Part shown: piece after piece, positions 50,648-64,000 of the stretch
Position numbering within the stretch: position 1 is the stretch's first letter
Layout of the letters: the number at the start of each line of letters is the position of its first letter
Assembly: GCA_949358305.1 (NCBI GenBank)
Contig: OX442314.1
Coordinates: 27,466,001-27,530,000, forward strand
Length of the DNA: 64,000 nucleotides
DNA from: Strigamia acuminata
Taxonomy: Eukaryota
Reading direction: 5' to 3'
Made by a program: the position numbers and the translations under genes
The notes under the pieces: model-generated
What the model was told of the DNA's origin: nothing
Databases searched by the model: none
What the model saw: the letters and a program-made list of their open reading frames with translations, nothing else

Positions 50648-53600
50648 TTAATATATTTTTTTGAATTTTGCTAATTGAAAATACATTTTGTGCAAGAGTT
50701 GTGGAATTGCAAGCATAGAAAGACCAAGCATTAGTGCAAAACAATTTCCTATATCGCAGCAGAGTGCAACTCCATTATAGGATAATATTTGTGTAATCTC
50801 TTCGATTATATTATTCGTTGGAATTATGACGAGAATTATGAGTCCCCATGCTTCAGGATGCTGAAAGTAGACAAAGGTGTCGAACACTGACTCTTCGCAA
50901 GGTTGGTGACATCCACAATCTTTCATTAAATCAACTTTTAAGGAACTGTTCATGAACAATGTCAATGATGTCAGGGCATCTTTAGCGTTGGTACAATTAT
51001 CCTTGTTTATCTTGTTCAAAAATGGTAACCTGGAAATATAAAACAAGGACATATACGGAGCACATTGAAACAGATATACTGTATATCTTTTCCAATCTTT
51101 TTACAACTCACTTGCATTGGATAATATTATATATCTTTTTGTGGTAACAATCATCCTGGCACCTTTTATATTTGTCGGGGTCGAGGCAAGGTTGCGAATG
51201 CAGGTTCAATCGAATGTTCTAAATTAGAATAATATATTAATATTAATTTTATTTTTAATTTATAATTATTTAGGCCTGTGCTTTTAGCATCCTGAATGTA
51301 AGCACGGTGACTGTGTTTCGTTTAATATTTCTTCTACTTCTGAGAATTGATGGTAATTTTTCTTCACCTTTTTTAAAGTATATCTAAAGGTAGAAATTTA
51401 TTGTTTACAACAATTTTTTCTGGCATCATATGATCAGAAATGGACGTCATTTGGCATATTTTATTCACAAAATTGATACATTACTTCGTACATGTCCGGA
51501 TTGCAGGTTTTATCTGAGTTTGGTAAAAAACCGAAAAATATCACTGAGGCAGTCCCTGCATATTTCATTGGTCCTGAGAAAAATTATGACCATTAAATTT
51601 TAAATAGTTCACTAAAATTTGAAACTACAATACCGATATCAGATTCGAAGCATAGTCCAGTGTGCATAGCTTTTATGTGCCAAAATACATTATTTTTTAA
51701 GCTAGTTAACTGCAAAACATTAATAAACATGAGGTTTTTAGCGAAATAAAGGATTTAGAAAATTGTCCTACTCTCTCCCATTATAAATTATTACGGAGTA
51801 TTATAATTAACATCTTTGAATTAGTGAGCTCTTAAACAGAGCAGGGCTTCTTAAACTGTGGGTTGCAAATCCATATGGGATTTTGTAACTGAATGTGGGG
51901 TCGCAAAAATGTTTGATTTGTATAGACACCTATATACAGTACCAGCTTAACTAGATGATGATTCATCTAAAACTTACTTTCTTAGCCAGCCACATATTAG
52001 GATCATCCATTTTATGTGTTTGCAGTCTCCATACATCCTCTATTGATTGAGTTTTTCCTCGGATAGTCATATTCATTAAATTGATGAAATGCATCTTGCA
52101 TTCATTCGTGCCTATTTCTTTGGCAAATTTTCTCCTATAGTAAATCATTCTGGGTCCATCCATACATGCAATTACATTAGGCAAATACAATGTGTTATTT
52201 TCTTGGATAATTACTACAAGTCTTGTCGGTTCACTTAGGTAAAGTGATATTCTTTCCTTGCTAACATAGAATGCTAGTGGGACGAAAATAAATATGAGAA
52301 TAAAATAGAACAGGCGTTGCAGGACAGGTTTCATTTTTTGCTGCAATATCTCTTCCTGTGAATCTGCAATTGCATTTTTTTTATGAATTGCCAAATGCAT
52401 TTGACTGGTAATTTTACTCTTGATGTTAGCTTCAAGTTGACTAGGTCTGATATACTTATACAAAAGGAGCAGAACGAGCTGTGCAATTTCAATTATAGAG
52501 AGAAGAGAAAATCCCACGGAGAATCCCAAATTGCCCCCAAAATCTATCAGCAAGTTAGAAATTGTGTAAATGTAGACTTCTGTCATTCTGATAAATGTAT
52601 CTTCCAGCATTTTCATGTAAAAGCTTAAAAATTCTTTGTTCTTTTTAACATCTTTAAAACCTAACAGAGATGAATTATTTTATTTATTATACATGAACAT
52701 GGTTTATATTAGCTTAACGGTTATCGCTTTGTGTAATGGGGAGATAAACATTGTTATGACAAGGTCTCAAGCAGCCACATTCTAATGATTCCAATGTAGC
52801 TATTTCATGACTGAAAGATTTTGCATACAACGTAGCCACAATTGATTTGTTTGGTTCTAAACTGCAGTCTGGTAGATTTTTGTCTGTCATGTAAGGCAAC
52901 CTAATTTAAAAATCCATTACTATAGTGTTCATTGGTTTACTTTGTATAATAGGTTTTGACCTGCATTTAGGATGAGTTAGTTGGATTTGTTTTGTCACAC
53001 AGTCTTCATAACATTAGATTTGTTTTTTCTGATTTGGTTCGCAAAAAGGATACCTCATAGGCAAAAATTGATACTACCAATAAGAAATACAGGATGTTCA
53101 CAAAGTCTTTAGACAAATTGAAAATAAATTTACACCCTAATATTAGATGGTAGCAAAACACAGTAATTTCTTTTTGCATATTAATCCTCAGAGGCATAAG
53201 GCTATATGAGTTTAAGAACGAGTACTTTACTTTATTGAATTGGAAAATGTTTTCCCTATTGATTTTGTCACAATTAATTTGAGTGTTATAAATTAATTTG
53301 ACTTAGTATCGTGCAAAAGTTAATTTGGCGCAAATAAGTGTACAAAGACCTAGATGCAATTGCTCAGGAAATATTTGAGGGGAACAGACTTTTCTTCCAC
53401 CCTGTATATTGGTAGTTTCACATACTTTTCGAAAAAGAAGTAGTATTCCAGTCTCTATTCCCACTTTCATCGGCATAACATATCGATATGGCATGCTATC
53501 ATCGTTGATACCTACCTGTAAAGAATATTAAATTTTTCTGAATTGAAATTACATTTTGGCATAGTGAAATAAAAATAATTTTAAATGAACGGTCTTACAG

Positions 53601-53866
53601 TAAGAAATGGTACATCACATGTTCCATTTTTTTTAAACATCATCTGGGTTGTCATAGTTTGAGCTACTTTTGCGTTATTGACATCTAAATAAAAATTGAG
53701 AAAATGTTAGATAGAAAGTAAAATTAAAACATTCTGACTTCCTGTTACCAAGCCTAATGATCAGCACATTTCCAACTACGGCATTTTTATATTTATATGA
53801 AATAGTAATGCCCTCATTTTTATAAATTCCATTTGCCATTGAAGATTCCAACAATACAGTCTTGCC
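50648..53866 (-). pseudogene. Divergent two-domain DEG/ENaC-like paralog, copy D (from exon 2 onward), probable pseudogene
   Basis: Homologous exons (DFGGNLGFSVGFS, LPNVIAC, CGCHQPC, DIGNCFALMLGLS). In-frame TAA at 53014-53016 where paralogs have CAA/GAA. Exon 1 not found in the window. Confidence 0.72.
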
Positions 53867-53985
53867 CTGAAATAAATTTAAAAGTACTGTTATCATTCAT
53901 TAAAATATTTTTGTATCTTGCCCAAAGATATCAAATGAAAGACCAAAATTTAAACCTGAAACATGGCAGCCCTTTAAGCAAAGGC

Positions 53986-54284
53986 AGTGGCTACGTTCAC
54001 GTCCGACATGAACGTATTATTTTCATGGCGCGCTGTGATTGGCTGAGATCCATTGATGTCGATTTGTTTCATCTCAAATTCGATGTTCTCGAAGTTTTAG
54101 CTTTTTTTTTCTTACAAGGAGGGGTATAGCCTCCCTTGACCCCCCCCCCCCCTCGCCCCCGACCTAACCTAATCCGTTTTTAGCAAAGTAGACCGAACTT
54201 CAGTTCGTATTTCAATGCATCTCACAACCAATCACAGCGCTTCATGAAAATAATACGTTCAGGTCGGACGTAAACGTAGCCACT
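53986..54284. mobile_element. MITE with ~70-bp TIRs
   Basis: AGTGGCTACGTTCACGTCCGAC...GTCGGACGTAAACGTAGCCACT. Confidence 0.75.
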
Positions 54285-54369
54285 TCGAAAAAATAAATAA
54301 ATTTCATGTTACTTGGGTACCCAAATTGGGTACCCCATTTTCGGTGTACCCTGCATTTTGTACAGAACT

Positions 54370-55290
54370 GCCAACCATTGACGAGATTTATAAATCTCTA
54401 GATTTAAAAAAGATTTATGGATTTAAAGATTTCTTTGGGATTTATTAATTTATTGATTTATTTGGAGATTTATGGATTCATTTCGAGATTTATTGATTTA
54501 TTTTGAGATTTATTGAATTATTTTGAGATTTATGGATTTATTTTGAGATTTATGGATTTATTTCGAGATTTTCGTAAGTACAATATCATTAAAAAAAATT
54601 GAAAATAGACCGTACTGCCTCAATTTAACGCCGGGCATAATTAAACGCCGGGCACTCAGCGACGATTTCAGCAATTGTCGCCAGCCCCAAATAAATGCTG
54701 GGTCCCAAGAAATCACCGATTTTTTTCAAAAAATTGGTGATTTTTACGAAATAATGATCATTTTTAGCAAAAAATCGGCGATTTTTTAGTTATGCACCGG
54801 AGCTGAATAAGCGTCGGGCCTCGAATAAGTGCCTGGCGGGCTAGTCGAAAAAACTATTAAACGCCCCGGCGTTTATTCGAGGCAGTGCGGTAATGTATCT
54901 AACGTGGATGTCGGCGACCAATAAAGTGTACATGTGATTTTTTTAAGTTTGAAATCAAGATTTAATGTGTGATTTAAAGATTTACTCAAGATTTAATGTG
55001 TAATTTCAAGATTTTTTCAAGATTTAATGTGTAATTTCAAGATTTTTTCAAGATTTAATGTGTAATTTCAAGATTTATTCGAGATTTAAGGATTTATTCA
55101 AGATTTAGGGATTTATTCGAGATTTAAGGATTTATTCAAGATTTAGGGATTTATTCGAGATTTAGGATTTATTCAAGATTTAGGTGATTTATTCGGGATT
55201 TAGGATTTATTTGAGATTTGGGGATTTGTTCGAGATTTAGGGATTTGTTCGAGATTTATTTGGGATTTAGCCAACCATCAACGAGATTTA
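54370..55290. repeat. GATTTA-based ~19-21-bp minisatellite region
   Basis: Units such as GAGATTTAGGGATTTATTC; bounded by GCCAACCAT..ACGAGATTT direct repeats. Confidence 0.75.
54610..54890. mobile_element. Tc1/mariner-pogo-type MITE nested in the minisatellite
   Basis: CCGTACTGCCTC...GAGGCAGTGCGG|TA. Confidence 0.7.
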
Positions 55291-55309
55291 CAGCGATTGT
55301 CGGCCCCCT

Positions 55310-57170
55310 CGTTTGAGGGTCATTTGAAGGTAGTTTGGGGGTTGTTTGGAGGTCGTTTGGAGATTATTTGAGGGTCGTTTAAAGGTTGTTTAGAAGTTGT
55401 TTGGGAGTTGTTTGCAGGTCGTTTGAGGATCCTTTTGAGATTGTTTAAGTGTCGTTGAGAGATGTTTGGAGATTGTTTGGAAGCCATAGGTTTTTGGGGT
55501 CTTTGGGAGTCATTTGGGGATTGTTTGGGAATCGTTTTGGGGTCGTTTGGAGGTTGTTTGGAGGTCATTTGAAGGTCATTTGGAGGTCGTTTAAGAGCTG
55601 TTTGGGGATTGTTTGGAGGTTGTTTGGGTTTCATTTGAGGTCATTTGGGAGTCATTTTGGGAGTCATTTTGGGGGTCATTTGGAGTTTTTTTTGGGTCAT
55701 TTTAGTTTATTTGGGGGTCAAGTAACACGTAACAAGTCCTTTTTCTGAGATTCTAAAAGTGGAAATAGTTATGAAGGTGGAAATGGAAATGGAAATAAAC
55801 GTGGACGTGGACGTGGACGAAGTGGTAATTACGGGTTTCAATCCTACAATAAGGAATTCAGACGACATTTGGGCGGCAGAAGGTCGTTTGAAAGTCGTTG
55901 AAAGGTTGTTTGGAGGTTGTTTGGAGGTCGTTTGAAGGTCGTTTAAAGGTCGTTTAAAGGTCGTTTGGGAGTTGTTTGGATGTCGTTTGAGGATCGTTTG
56001 GAGGTCGTCTGAAGATTGTTTGAAGGTCGTTTGGAGGTCATTTGGGAGTTGTTTAGAGGTTGTTTGAGGATCATTTGGAGGTCGTTTGAGGGTCGTATGA
56101 AGGTAGTTTGGGGGTCGTTTGAAGGTTTTTGGGGGTCGTTTGGGTATCGTTTGGTGGTTGTTTGAAGGTCGTTTGAGGATCGTTTGGAGGTCATCTGAAG
56201 ATTGTTTGGAGGTCATTTGGAGGTTGTTTAGAGGTCGTTTAGAGGTCGTTTGAAGATCATTTGAAAATTATTTGTGGGTTGTTTAAAGGTCGTTTGAAGG
56301 TCATTTAAAGGTTGTTTGAAGGTCGTTTGGAGGTTGTTTGAAGATCGTTTGGAGGTCATTTGGGGGTTGTTTGGAGGTCGTTTAGAGGTCAATTGAGGGT
56401 CGTTTGGAGGTTGTTTAGAGGTCATTTGAGGGTCATTTGGAGGTTGTTTGAGGATTGTTTGGAGGTTGTTGAAGGTTGTTTGAAGGTCATTTGGAGGTCA
56501 TTTGGGAGTTGTTTGGAGGTTGTTTGGGAATCGTTCGGTGGTCGTTTGGAGGTTGTTTAGAGGTCGTTTAGAGATGTTGTTTGAGGATCGTCTGGGAATC
56601 GTTCGGTGGTCATTTGGAGGTTGTTTAGAGGTCGTTTAGAGATGTTGTTTGAGGATTGTCTGGAAATCATTTGAAGGTTCTTTAAAGGTCGTTTGAAAGT
56701 CGTTTGAGGGTCATTTAAAGGTCGTTTGAAGGTTGTTTGGAGGTTGTTTGGAGATTGTTTGGAGGTTGTTTAGAGGACGTTTGTGAGTTGTTTGAAGGTT
56801 GTTTAGAGGTCGTTTAGAGGTTGTTTGAGGGTCATTTGGAGGTCATTTGAAGGTCGTTTGAGGATTGTTTGGAGCTCGTCTGAAGATTGTTTGAAGGTCA
56901 TTTGGGGATCATTTGGAGGTTGTTTAGAGGTCGTTTAGAAGTTGTTTGAGAATCGTTTGGAAATCAATTGAGGGTCGTTGAAAGGTTGTTTTGAAGGTTA
57001 TTTGAGGGTCATTTAAAGGTCGTTTGAAGGTTGTTTGAAGGTCGTTTAAAGATCGTTAGGGGGTTGTTTGAAGGTTGTTTGGGGATCCTTTTGGGATTGT
57101 TTAAGGGTTGTTTGAAAATCGTTTGGAGGTCGTTTAGGAGTCGTTTGGTGGTTGTTTGGAGGTTCTCGTT
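55310..57170. repeat. Degenerate 11-bp satellite (consensus ~GGAGGTCGTTT) with a short internal interruption
   Basis: Direct reading. Confidence 0.9.
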
Positions 57171-58843
57171 TAAGATTTGATGAAATATTTCGTGGACGAT
57201 CACGAAGGGCTGGCGATGTTTTAACCGCAAAGGTAGGAAATGTACTCACTTGCAATTCACTTATGTATCATCGTCACTCGCTGTAGTTTTGTTTATGAGC
57301 CATTTGTTACTCTCAATTAATCGAGTGCTTTAACTGGCTCGATTGGTTTGATTCGTTCTAACTTCTAACAATTTGGGTTTTTTGACCTATTTTTAGGATA
57401 TTTTGTTGATATTTATACAATCTTGTAGCATGAGGTACTACATATTCCAAAAAAACTGTATCGTGTTTACAACTTGAGTTGATTTTTGTTTTGTATTGCT
57501 TCTTTATTGAATTCGCCTTGTATTTTTTATTCATGGATGCATGCAATCAACATTTAGAATACTAAAGTGAATTTTGGAATATTAAATCTTTATTCGTGAA
57601 TTAATTCATAGTTGTGAGTACATTATCACACAGATTTTTCTGTGCTTAGGAAACATCAATAATTTCTGTTAACTTATTAGTGAACAGTGTGGTGACCTCA
57701 AATATTCCTATTTGAGTGCGCACCATATTTCCAAATTGTCTTATAAACATATTCAACAAGCTTATATGTTTTGTTTCAATGTAAATTGAAATAAAACATA
57801 CATTAATAAAATATAAAACAAGACACAATATTACCCAAATAATATTGTGTTTTGCAGCAAGTTTTGGCCCAGCAACAGCGTCAACCAATCGCGCTGCAGC
57901 GTGCATTGCTTTGATGATGCTGCTAGGCGTGTGCCTGGGCGGAGCATCCCTTCCCCTCGCGCGTGCCCGGCTCGATTGTTGCACACGACCCGAAGGCGGC
58001 CGTGTGTGATCTTCATGCAACTCGTCATCTGCGCAGCTTTTCTGAGCAGATTTAGAAGTGAGCCAAACGGTTTTGGCCCACTCTTCCCGCATTCTTGATT
58101 CTGCTTCCAAACCATTCACATCTGTGTCAAACTTATGCCAACCATTGCTAAGTGTGATCTGTGATATCTGGAAGAGTTGAGATTCATTGCTGGTCCGTGC
58201 CAACTGTACGGAATAGCGCCTTTCTGCTTGAATTACTACGCGTAATTTAAGCCATTTCTGTGTGGAATTGACATAGAGCTTGCTCTGTCAATTTGAAGGC
58301 TTTGTGTTGAGTTTAACTCCACAAAGCGAACTGTGTTAAGACGGATTGTTACGTCGAGCTTGCTCCGTAATAATCACTTTCACTGTGTGTGAGAAGTATT
58401 CTCGTGTCGAGCGTGCTCCACGAGGATTTTAGAATATTTAGCAACGTATTTTAGCGTCGAGTTTACTCCGCTAAAATCCCGCGCTCACACGACGCCGTCG
58501 ACGCCATCTTGGAGCCAACGGTCAACTGTGAGTGTACATTTGAAGAAGAAGCCAGATCGACCCCAAACATTTTAAATAATACCTCCTTTGTATTTTGAAC
58601 GATTAAAACTATCTAATTTTTCCTTTACTCTGTGTAAAATCATTCCCCTAGACAAACATTTGGCCACAGAGTAGAAGTCCTGTACGGCATCTCTACGACG
58701 ATTGCTTATTGAATTTACATAATTTAATAAGTAAAAACCCGGATCGCCGCACTTGGGGGCCCGTCCGGGATAGTTTTGATTGTTAAAATCCGATTTTTGC
58801 GAAAAAATCCTTTATTTCCATTGTTCTTTTTCAATTTGACAAA

Positions 58844-61738
58844 ATGGCGACGCCAATGCAAATTGTAAAACGACAGCGAGGTCGACCAAGCACTCAGAAA
58901 CGAGCAGCGACGGTTTTGCCGGCTCTCGAGCCTGAAATGCTTATGGAGAAAATTATTTCCGAGGAAATAACACCAGTTCCAGATCCGAAACAACTTAAGG
59001 ATGCTGAAAATGAAGTTGCTAGAGCATTAAGCGCTTCAAGTACGAGTTCTAACGACCAAGAACTCCCGCCACTTCCACTGGAGGAAGTGGAAAATACGTT
59101 ACGTGAAATGGAAAGTGAATCGTCTCACGAATCACCTCCTCGCATGACCATGCTGGATGCTTTGAGAAATCAAGCACGCCAGGATGGCGCCCAAATAACG
59201 GACGACATGACGGTGGAAGAGATTCATCGCGCCATGATACGACTTCACACTGACCGAGCCGTTTCAAATTTAAAATTTGAAATGGAACGGAAAGAAGCAG
59301 AGCTTCAACAACAAAAAGCTGAGGTTGAGCTTCAACACATGGAACTCAATCGACAAAATGAGGAATTTCTAGCCCAAAAAGCTAGAGAATACCGATTAAA
59401 AGGTGAAGTGGAAGATCTTTCTAAAATGAACGCTAGAAATGAACTTTCAATTCGCTCACACCAAGAGGCGCGAAGACAGCTCGAGCTTACCAAAAGTAAA
59501 CTGGAGCAGAAAAATAAAGAACTGATTGATTTGGCAGACCACTACCAACGCAATCATAATCAACTAGTGAGATATGCTGCTGAATTAGACACACGTGCTA
59601 AAACACAGCGTACTCGCGAAAGCAAAATAGCTAAGCGCGAAGATGAGATTTTCCACTCGCTGGATCAACCCAGTACGAGCGGACAAGTCAAGTCTAGCGA
59701 CCCTGCTAAGCGATTACAACCAGAAGAATCGCAAAATCAAATAAATGAGAATGAAATTCTCTGAGCTGATTTGTTGCGCGCTCAAGAGGAGCTTGCAGAA
59801 ATGAAAGATCGTTTGCAAGCAAGGAATTATACTGACCAATTGGTGCAACCAGAAATGGCTGCGCCAACTGTCCCTATTTTGACTCCCGAAACAATAACAA
59901 TTTCTGTTGTTTCAGAGTTAAGTAGCCAATCTGGATTATCGAGTGATGACGACCAACGTTCGCGTCGCCGCCATCGCTCAAAAAGAAAACGTCCTTCAGA
60001 TTCCGAGGAAAGGAAAGCTGATCGCAATCCACTTCCTGGTAATCGAAATCCTATTTTTCACAACAGTGACCGACTGTTGGGAATGGTAGACGATCGAAAT
60101 AGACGGCATGAAACTGGTATTCATGTTGCTCGAACGGTACCACTGGCTCAACAGCAAGACTCGTCGAAAAGAAGTCGACGAGACACGAATCCAGCACGCG
60201 AACCACCCGACGGACATGAAAGCCCGCCAGGTGGGGGTCAGTATAGGAGAAATCCACCAGATGGAGGAAATCCAGATGGACATGGAGATGGACCACCTGG
60301 AGGTGGACGTCGACCGCCAGACGATGACGGCGACCCACCCGACCCACCTGAAACACCACATTTTAACACGCCTTCAAATTCACAATCTGATTCAAGGTCG
60401 GATTCTGATGTGAATGCGCAACAAGAACGCGATAATCGACATCGATCTCATCGACGTCGACATCGAGGCCATTCTTCTCGGCGTAATACACATTATTACA
60501 CCGCTGAAGAAATCGATCGATTATTAGCTGATCGTCGATCTTCCGATCGATCTGACGCTACTGCCGATAATGCTGACATCGCATTACGACAGAAAATTGC
60601 CCAATATACTGCAATCAACTGGACACACGATCTAGTTGACGAAAGGACTATTAGATGGGATCACATCAAACCCGCTTTATTCGATGGAGAATGGGAAGCT
60701 GGATCCACTCTTTTAGATGAAGTTTTACGAATTTCAAGGTTGAATGGCATTGCATGTCACACTGCTTTGAAAAGAGTAGTACCAAAAGCTCTTATAGACC
60801 GAGCTGAGAAATGGTTTTATTCTAAACAATTTCAAAATTGGAACCACTTTGTAGAAGAATTCATGACTGAGTATGGAGAGTCAAGTGAAGACTTATTACA
60901 AATGTGGGATGATCTTTCTCAAAATAAAGGCGAAAGTCTTCGCTCTTATTTAAGAAGGACTGAAGATTTATTGGTCACTCTCCCTTATACGATGGGAGAC
61001 GCAGCCATTGATCGTCAATTCCGTCGTGGATTGACAGATTATTCAAAAAATGTTCTACTTTCTGTACGAGCACCTTATCCGGGTGGTTTCGCTGAATTAG
61101 CCAAATTTATGCGAGCCAATCAAATAAGGATTGACGAAAATTATAAAGCTTATCTACCAGCTGATGAAAAAGTTGCGTATGCTAAGCGACAGCAACGGAG
61201 AAAGGAATTAGCTAAAGATACACGTTTTGCTAATACCCCTCTTTTGCAACCCCCAAAACGAGGAGATTTTTTGGCAGAGACTGCTAAGGAATCTAAAAAG
61301 GGATCGGATGGGAAAAATCCACATCCAACCCCTAAAGCTCACTTAGCCGAAGTGACAGAAATGGAAACTGTTTCTGAACCAGAGAAATCTGACTCGGAAC
61401 CAGAAAGCGAGGCTGCAGCTGCTTTATTAGCACGTAATAACGCAGTAGCCAGAAAATTTGGACCAAAGATGGCGCCTAAAAACGTTACTTTTGGTTCACC
61501 AAAGACAGACGCGCTCAGTAGATCGAAGTCGCCGACCCCTAAAAAGGACGAAGCCAAACGTTCAAGTTCGCCTTCGCCAAAAGTCGCGAAATCGCCTGCT
61601 ACTGACCCGTGTAATATTTGTAAAAAATTGGGACATTGGGCTAAAGAATGTCCTGACAGAAAATCGAGCAAAGACAAGATTATAGAAGAGTTCGAGAAAT
61701 CGATGAAATGAATCGGCGAACTTCTAAAAAACTTGTAA
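58844..61738 (+). pseudogene. gag: Gypsy-2 gag with two premature TGA codons (59762-59764, 61709-61711)
   Basis: In-frame continuation to GELLKNL*, matching Gypsy-1 GELLRKNL*; CCHC knuckle CNICKKLGHWAKEC. Confidence 0.85.
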
Positions 61739-64000
61739 GCGCGCATCCAGACGGTCTAGTGGATGCGACGCCTACCGCCTCGGAAAATGAACTAACACCA
61801 TCTCAAATTTTAGATGAATTTTTGAATACTCAGATTAAATTAGAATTAGAAAATAATTTAATATTTTCAAAAATTGATGTTTCCAGTTTAAGGCTTGTGC
61901 TGCAAAATGAAAACATCACTGAAGAATTTTTTAAAGAAAAAGTTCAACAATTAAAAGTTGATTGGGAATCTAAAATGAAAGATGCTGTTACTTTACTAGA
62001 TGGAAAAGCTAGGCCCACACCTGAAATCACTGAAGGATCAGATAAAATTGATTTACCTGGTCTTGATGAATGTATTGAAAAATTACTGGCTACAACATTA
62101 GTCACTAATGATTTATTGGACGAATTACCATTGGATCCGCCGATAGAAATTAAACCACCGCGACGTTTTAAATGCAAGTACGCGGACATACCAAACAGCA
62201 ATGATTTGCCGACGATTCGATTGCAGACGGCAAACGGTATGATAACAGGGATGTTAGACTCTGGAGCTAATCGAAGCTTCATGGCCTACTCCGTAGTAAT
62301 TTCACTGAAACTGGAAGATGAAATTCGACCAATTGGACCGGATGTGAGAGTTACGACTGCTTCAGAAGATGTAGTCCCTGAAGGAACTCTCCTACTTTCT
62401 TTTGCGTGGACACACGGGATGTTAAGTCATCCATTCATAATTTTAAGAAATAAATATCCTATTATTTTATTAGGATGTGATTTCATGAATCGACTCAATA
62501 TTCAACCAAATCCTAAGACCATGTCTTGGAATTTTGTCAAGTCTTTGAAAGAAGATTTACCTTTTGTTCCTCAAGCGATTCTTGATCGTTATCAAGAGTT
62601 TCTTGATCCACCCGAAGAAATCATGAAACGCGACTTTATTAAAGCAAATCACATGAAAGCTGGTTCCGCCACTGCATGTCAAGCTAAAGTTGCCGATGAA
62701 GAAAATATAGTACAAAGACTTGTTAGCGACGCTAATTTGTCAATGGAAAATAATTTAATGCTTGAAAGAGTATTAAAGAAACATGAAAAGATTTTATCAC
62801 GCCGACCAGGTAGAACACCTCGTTAGGCATGAAATTAAACTGGACACTAAAGTTCCTATTAGAGTTCCGTTTAAAAGCGTAAATCCACAGAAACGTGAAA
62901 TTATCCGTCAAATCTGTCAAGATATGTTGGATAATGGGTACGTTGAACAAGCCACTGGAGACTATGGGATGCGAATAGTTCTAGTGATGCGTCCGGATTG
63001 TGATCCGAGACTATGCATTGATTTTAGACCACTCAATGCACATACATTATACGACCCTCCTCAAATGCCCAGCATTGAGGAAATCTTGCGAGAACTCGGA
63101 AGGTTTGAATGGGTCACAACAATAGATTTGTCAAAAGGCTATTGGCAAATAGAGGTTCATCCGAATGACCGTGCTAAAACTGCGTTTTGGAGCCCTTTGG
63201 GTCGACTTCAATTTCGAGTCATGCCCTTTGGTCTCGTAAATGCGCCGTCAACTTTCCAAAAGTTGATAGAAAAAATTTTGGGGGACGCCTATCGAAAATT
63301 CGCATGGGCATACCTCGATGATATAATTATTATATCAAAAAATTTTGAAGAACACATGATTCATCTGGAAGAAATTCTGAGTAAACTTGAAAATGCAAAT
63401 CTTCATGTTCATCCAGAAAAATCAAAATTTGGCAGAAAAGAATTAACTTTTCTTGGTTACAAGTTAAGTGTTCAAGGAGTTAGTGTCGACCCTAAAAAAG
63501 TCGCAGCTATTAAAGAAATGCCAGCTCCTTCGAATTTGAAAGAGTTGCAAAGATTTTTGGGAATGGTGAACTTTTTTCACCGATTACTTAAAAATCTTGC
63601 AGTAATGACAGAACCTCTACGTCCTTTACTCAAAAAGGATGTGGAATTTATTTGGTCAGAAATTCATCAAGAAGCTTTTGATCAAATAAAAGATGCTTTG
63701 ACAAATGCAGAAACAATGGCCATGCCTGATTTGACAGAACCATTTATTGTGCATACCGACGCCAGCAGAAAAGGACTTGGCGCCGCGCTTATGCAAATGA
63801 GGGAAATCGATGATCAAAATATAGAAGTGCCTTGTGTTTATGCCAGCAGAAGTTTACAACCTGCTGAGATAAATTACAGCGCCACAGAATTGGAGTGCCT
63901 AGCGGTAATCTGGGCATTACGTAAATTTCGACATTACTTGGAATTTACAACATTCATAGTAAGAACTGACCATCAAGCACTAAAATGGTTGATGCAGTTA
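61726..64000 (+). pseudogene. pol: Gypsy-2 pol (PR-RT-RNase H, partial) with a frameshift near 62818
   Basis: MLDSGAN protease; apparent 2-bp deletion at GRT(H); YLDD near 63311; TDAS and TDHQAL motifs. Confidence 0.88.

Larger units (their letters stand above)
57209..64000 (+). mobile_element. Gypsy-2, decayed relative of Gypsy-1; runs off the window; 5' LTR start uncertain
   Basis: LTR end ..CGCCGCA (58751), Pro-type PBS TGGGGGCCCGTCCGGGAT (58754-58771); gag and pol clearly homologous to Gypsy-1. Confidence 0.88.

Noticed and set aside
55320..57255. Several KRPPND-like ORFs
   Set aside because: Translations of the degenerate 11-bp satellite.
57646..58203. 185-aa ORF
   Set aside because: Non-ATG start, antisense within the probable Gypsy-2 LTR, no motif.

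Overview
AT-rich animal genomic DNA, probably invertebrate, with spliceosomal introns. No prokaryotic features or CRISPR are present. The host content is a minus-strand tandem array of four paralogous DEG/ENaC (amiloride-sensitive/pickpocket/ASIC superfamily)-like genes: A 13570-19573, B 25592-31189, C 34723-39318 and a divergent, probably pseudogenic D 50648-53866. The most unusual feature is that each gene encodes TWO channel subunits head-to-tail in one ~830-aa, 12-exon ORF (TM1-ectodomain-TM2-linker-TM1-ectodomain-TM2). TM2 of unit 1 and TM1 of unit 2 lie in a single exon. The array is heavily invaded by transposons. These include a very young Gypsy element (1-13060) with identical LTRs, a -1 frameshift signal and a large non-Env extra ORF, and a decayed relative of it (about 57.2 kb to the window end). 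There is also an intact Copia with TSD, a truncated tRNA-Gln-primed LTR element, a Copia gag relic, an isolated LTR, many MITEs, Helentron-like fragments, a 1-kb foldback carrying convergent tRNA-Ser-like heads, and 11-bp satellites. All assignments come from manual motif reading; no database searches were run.
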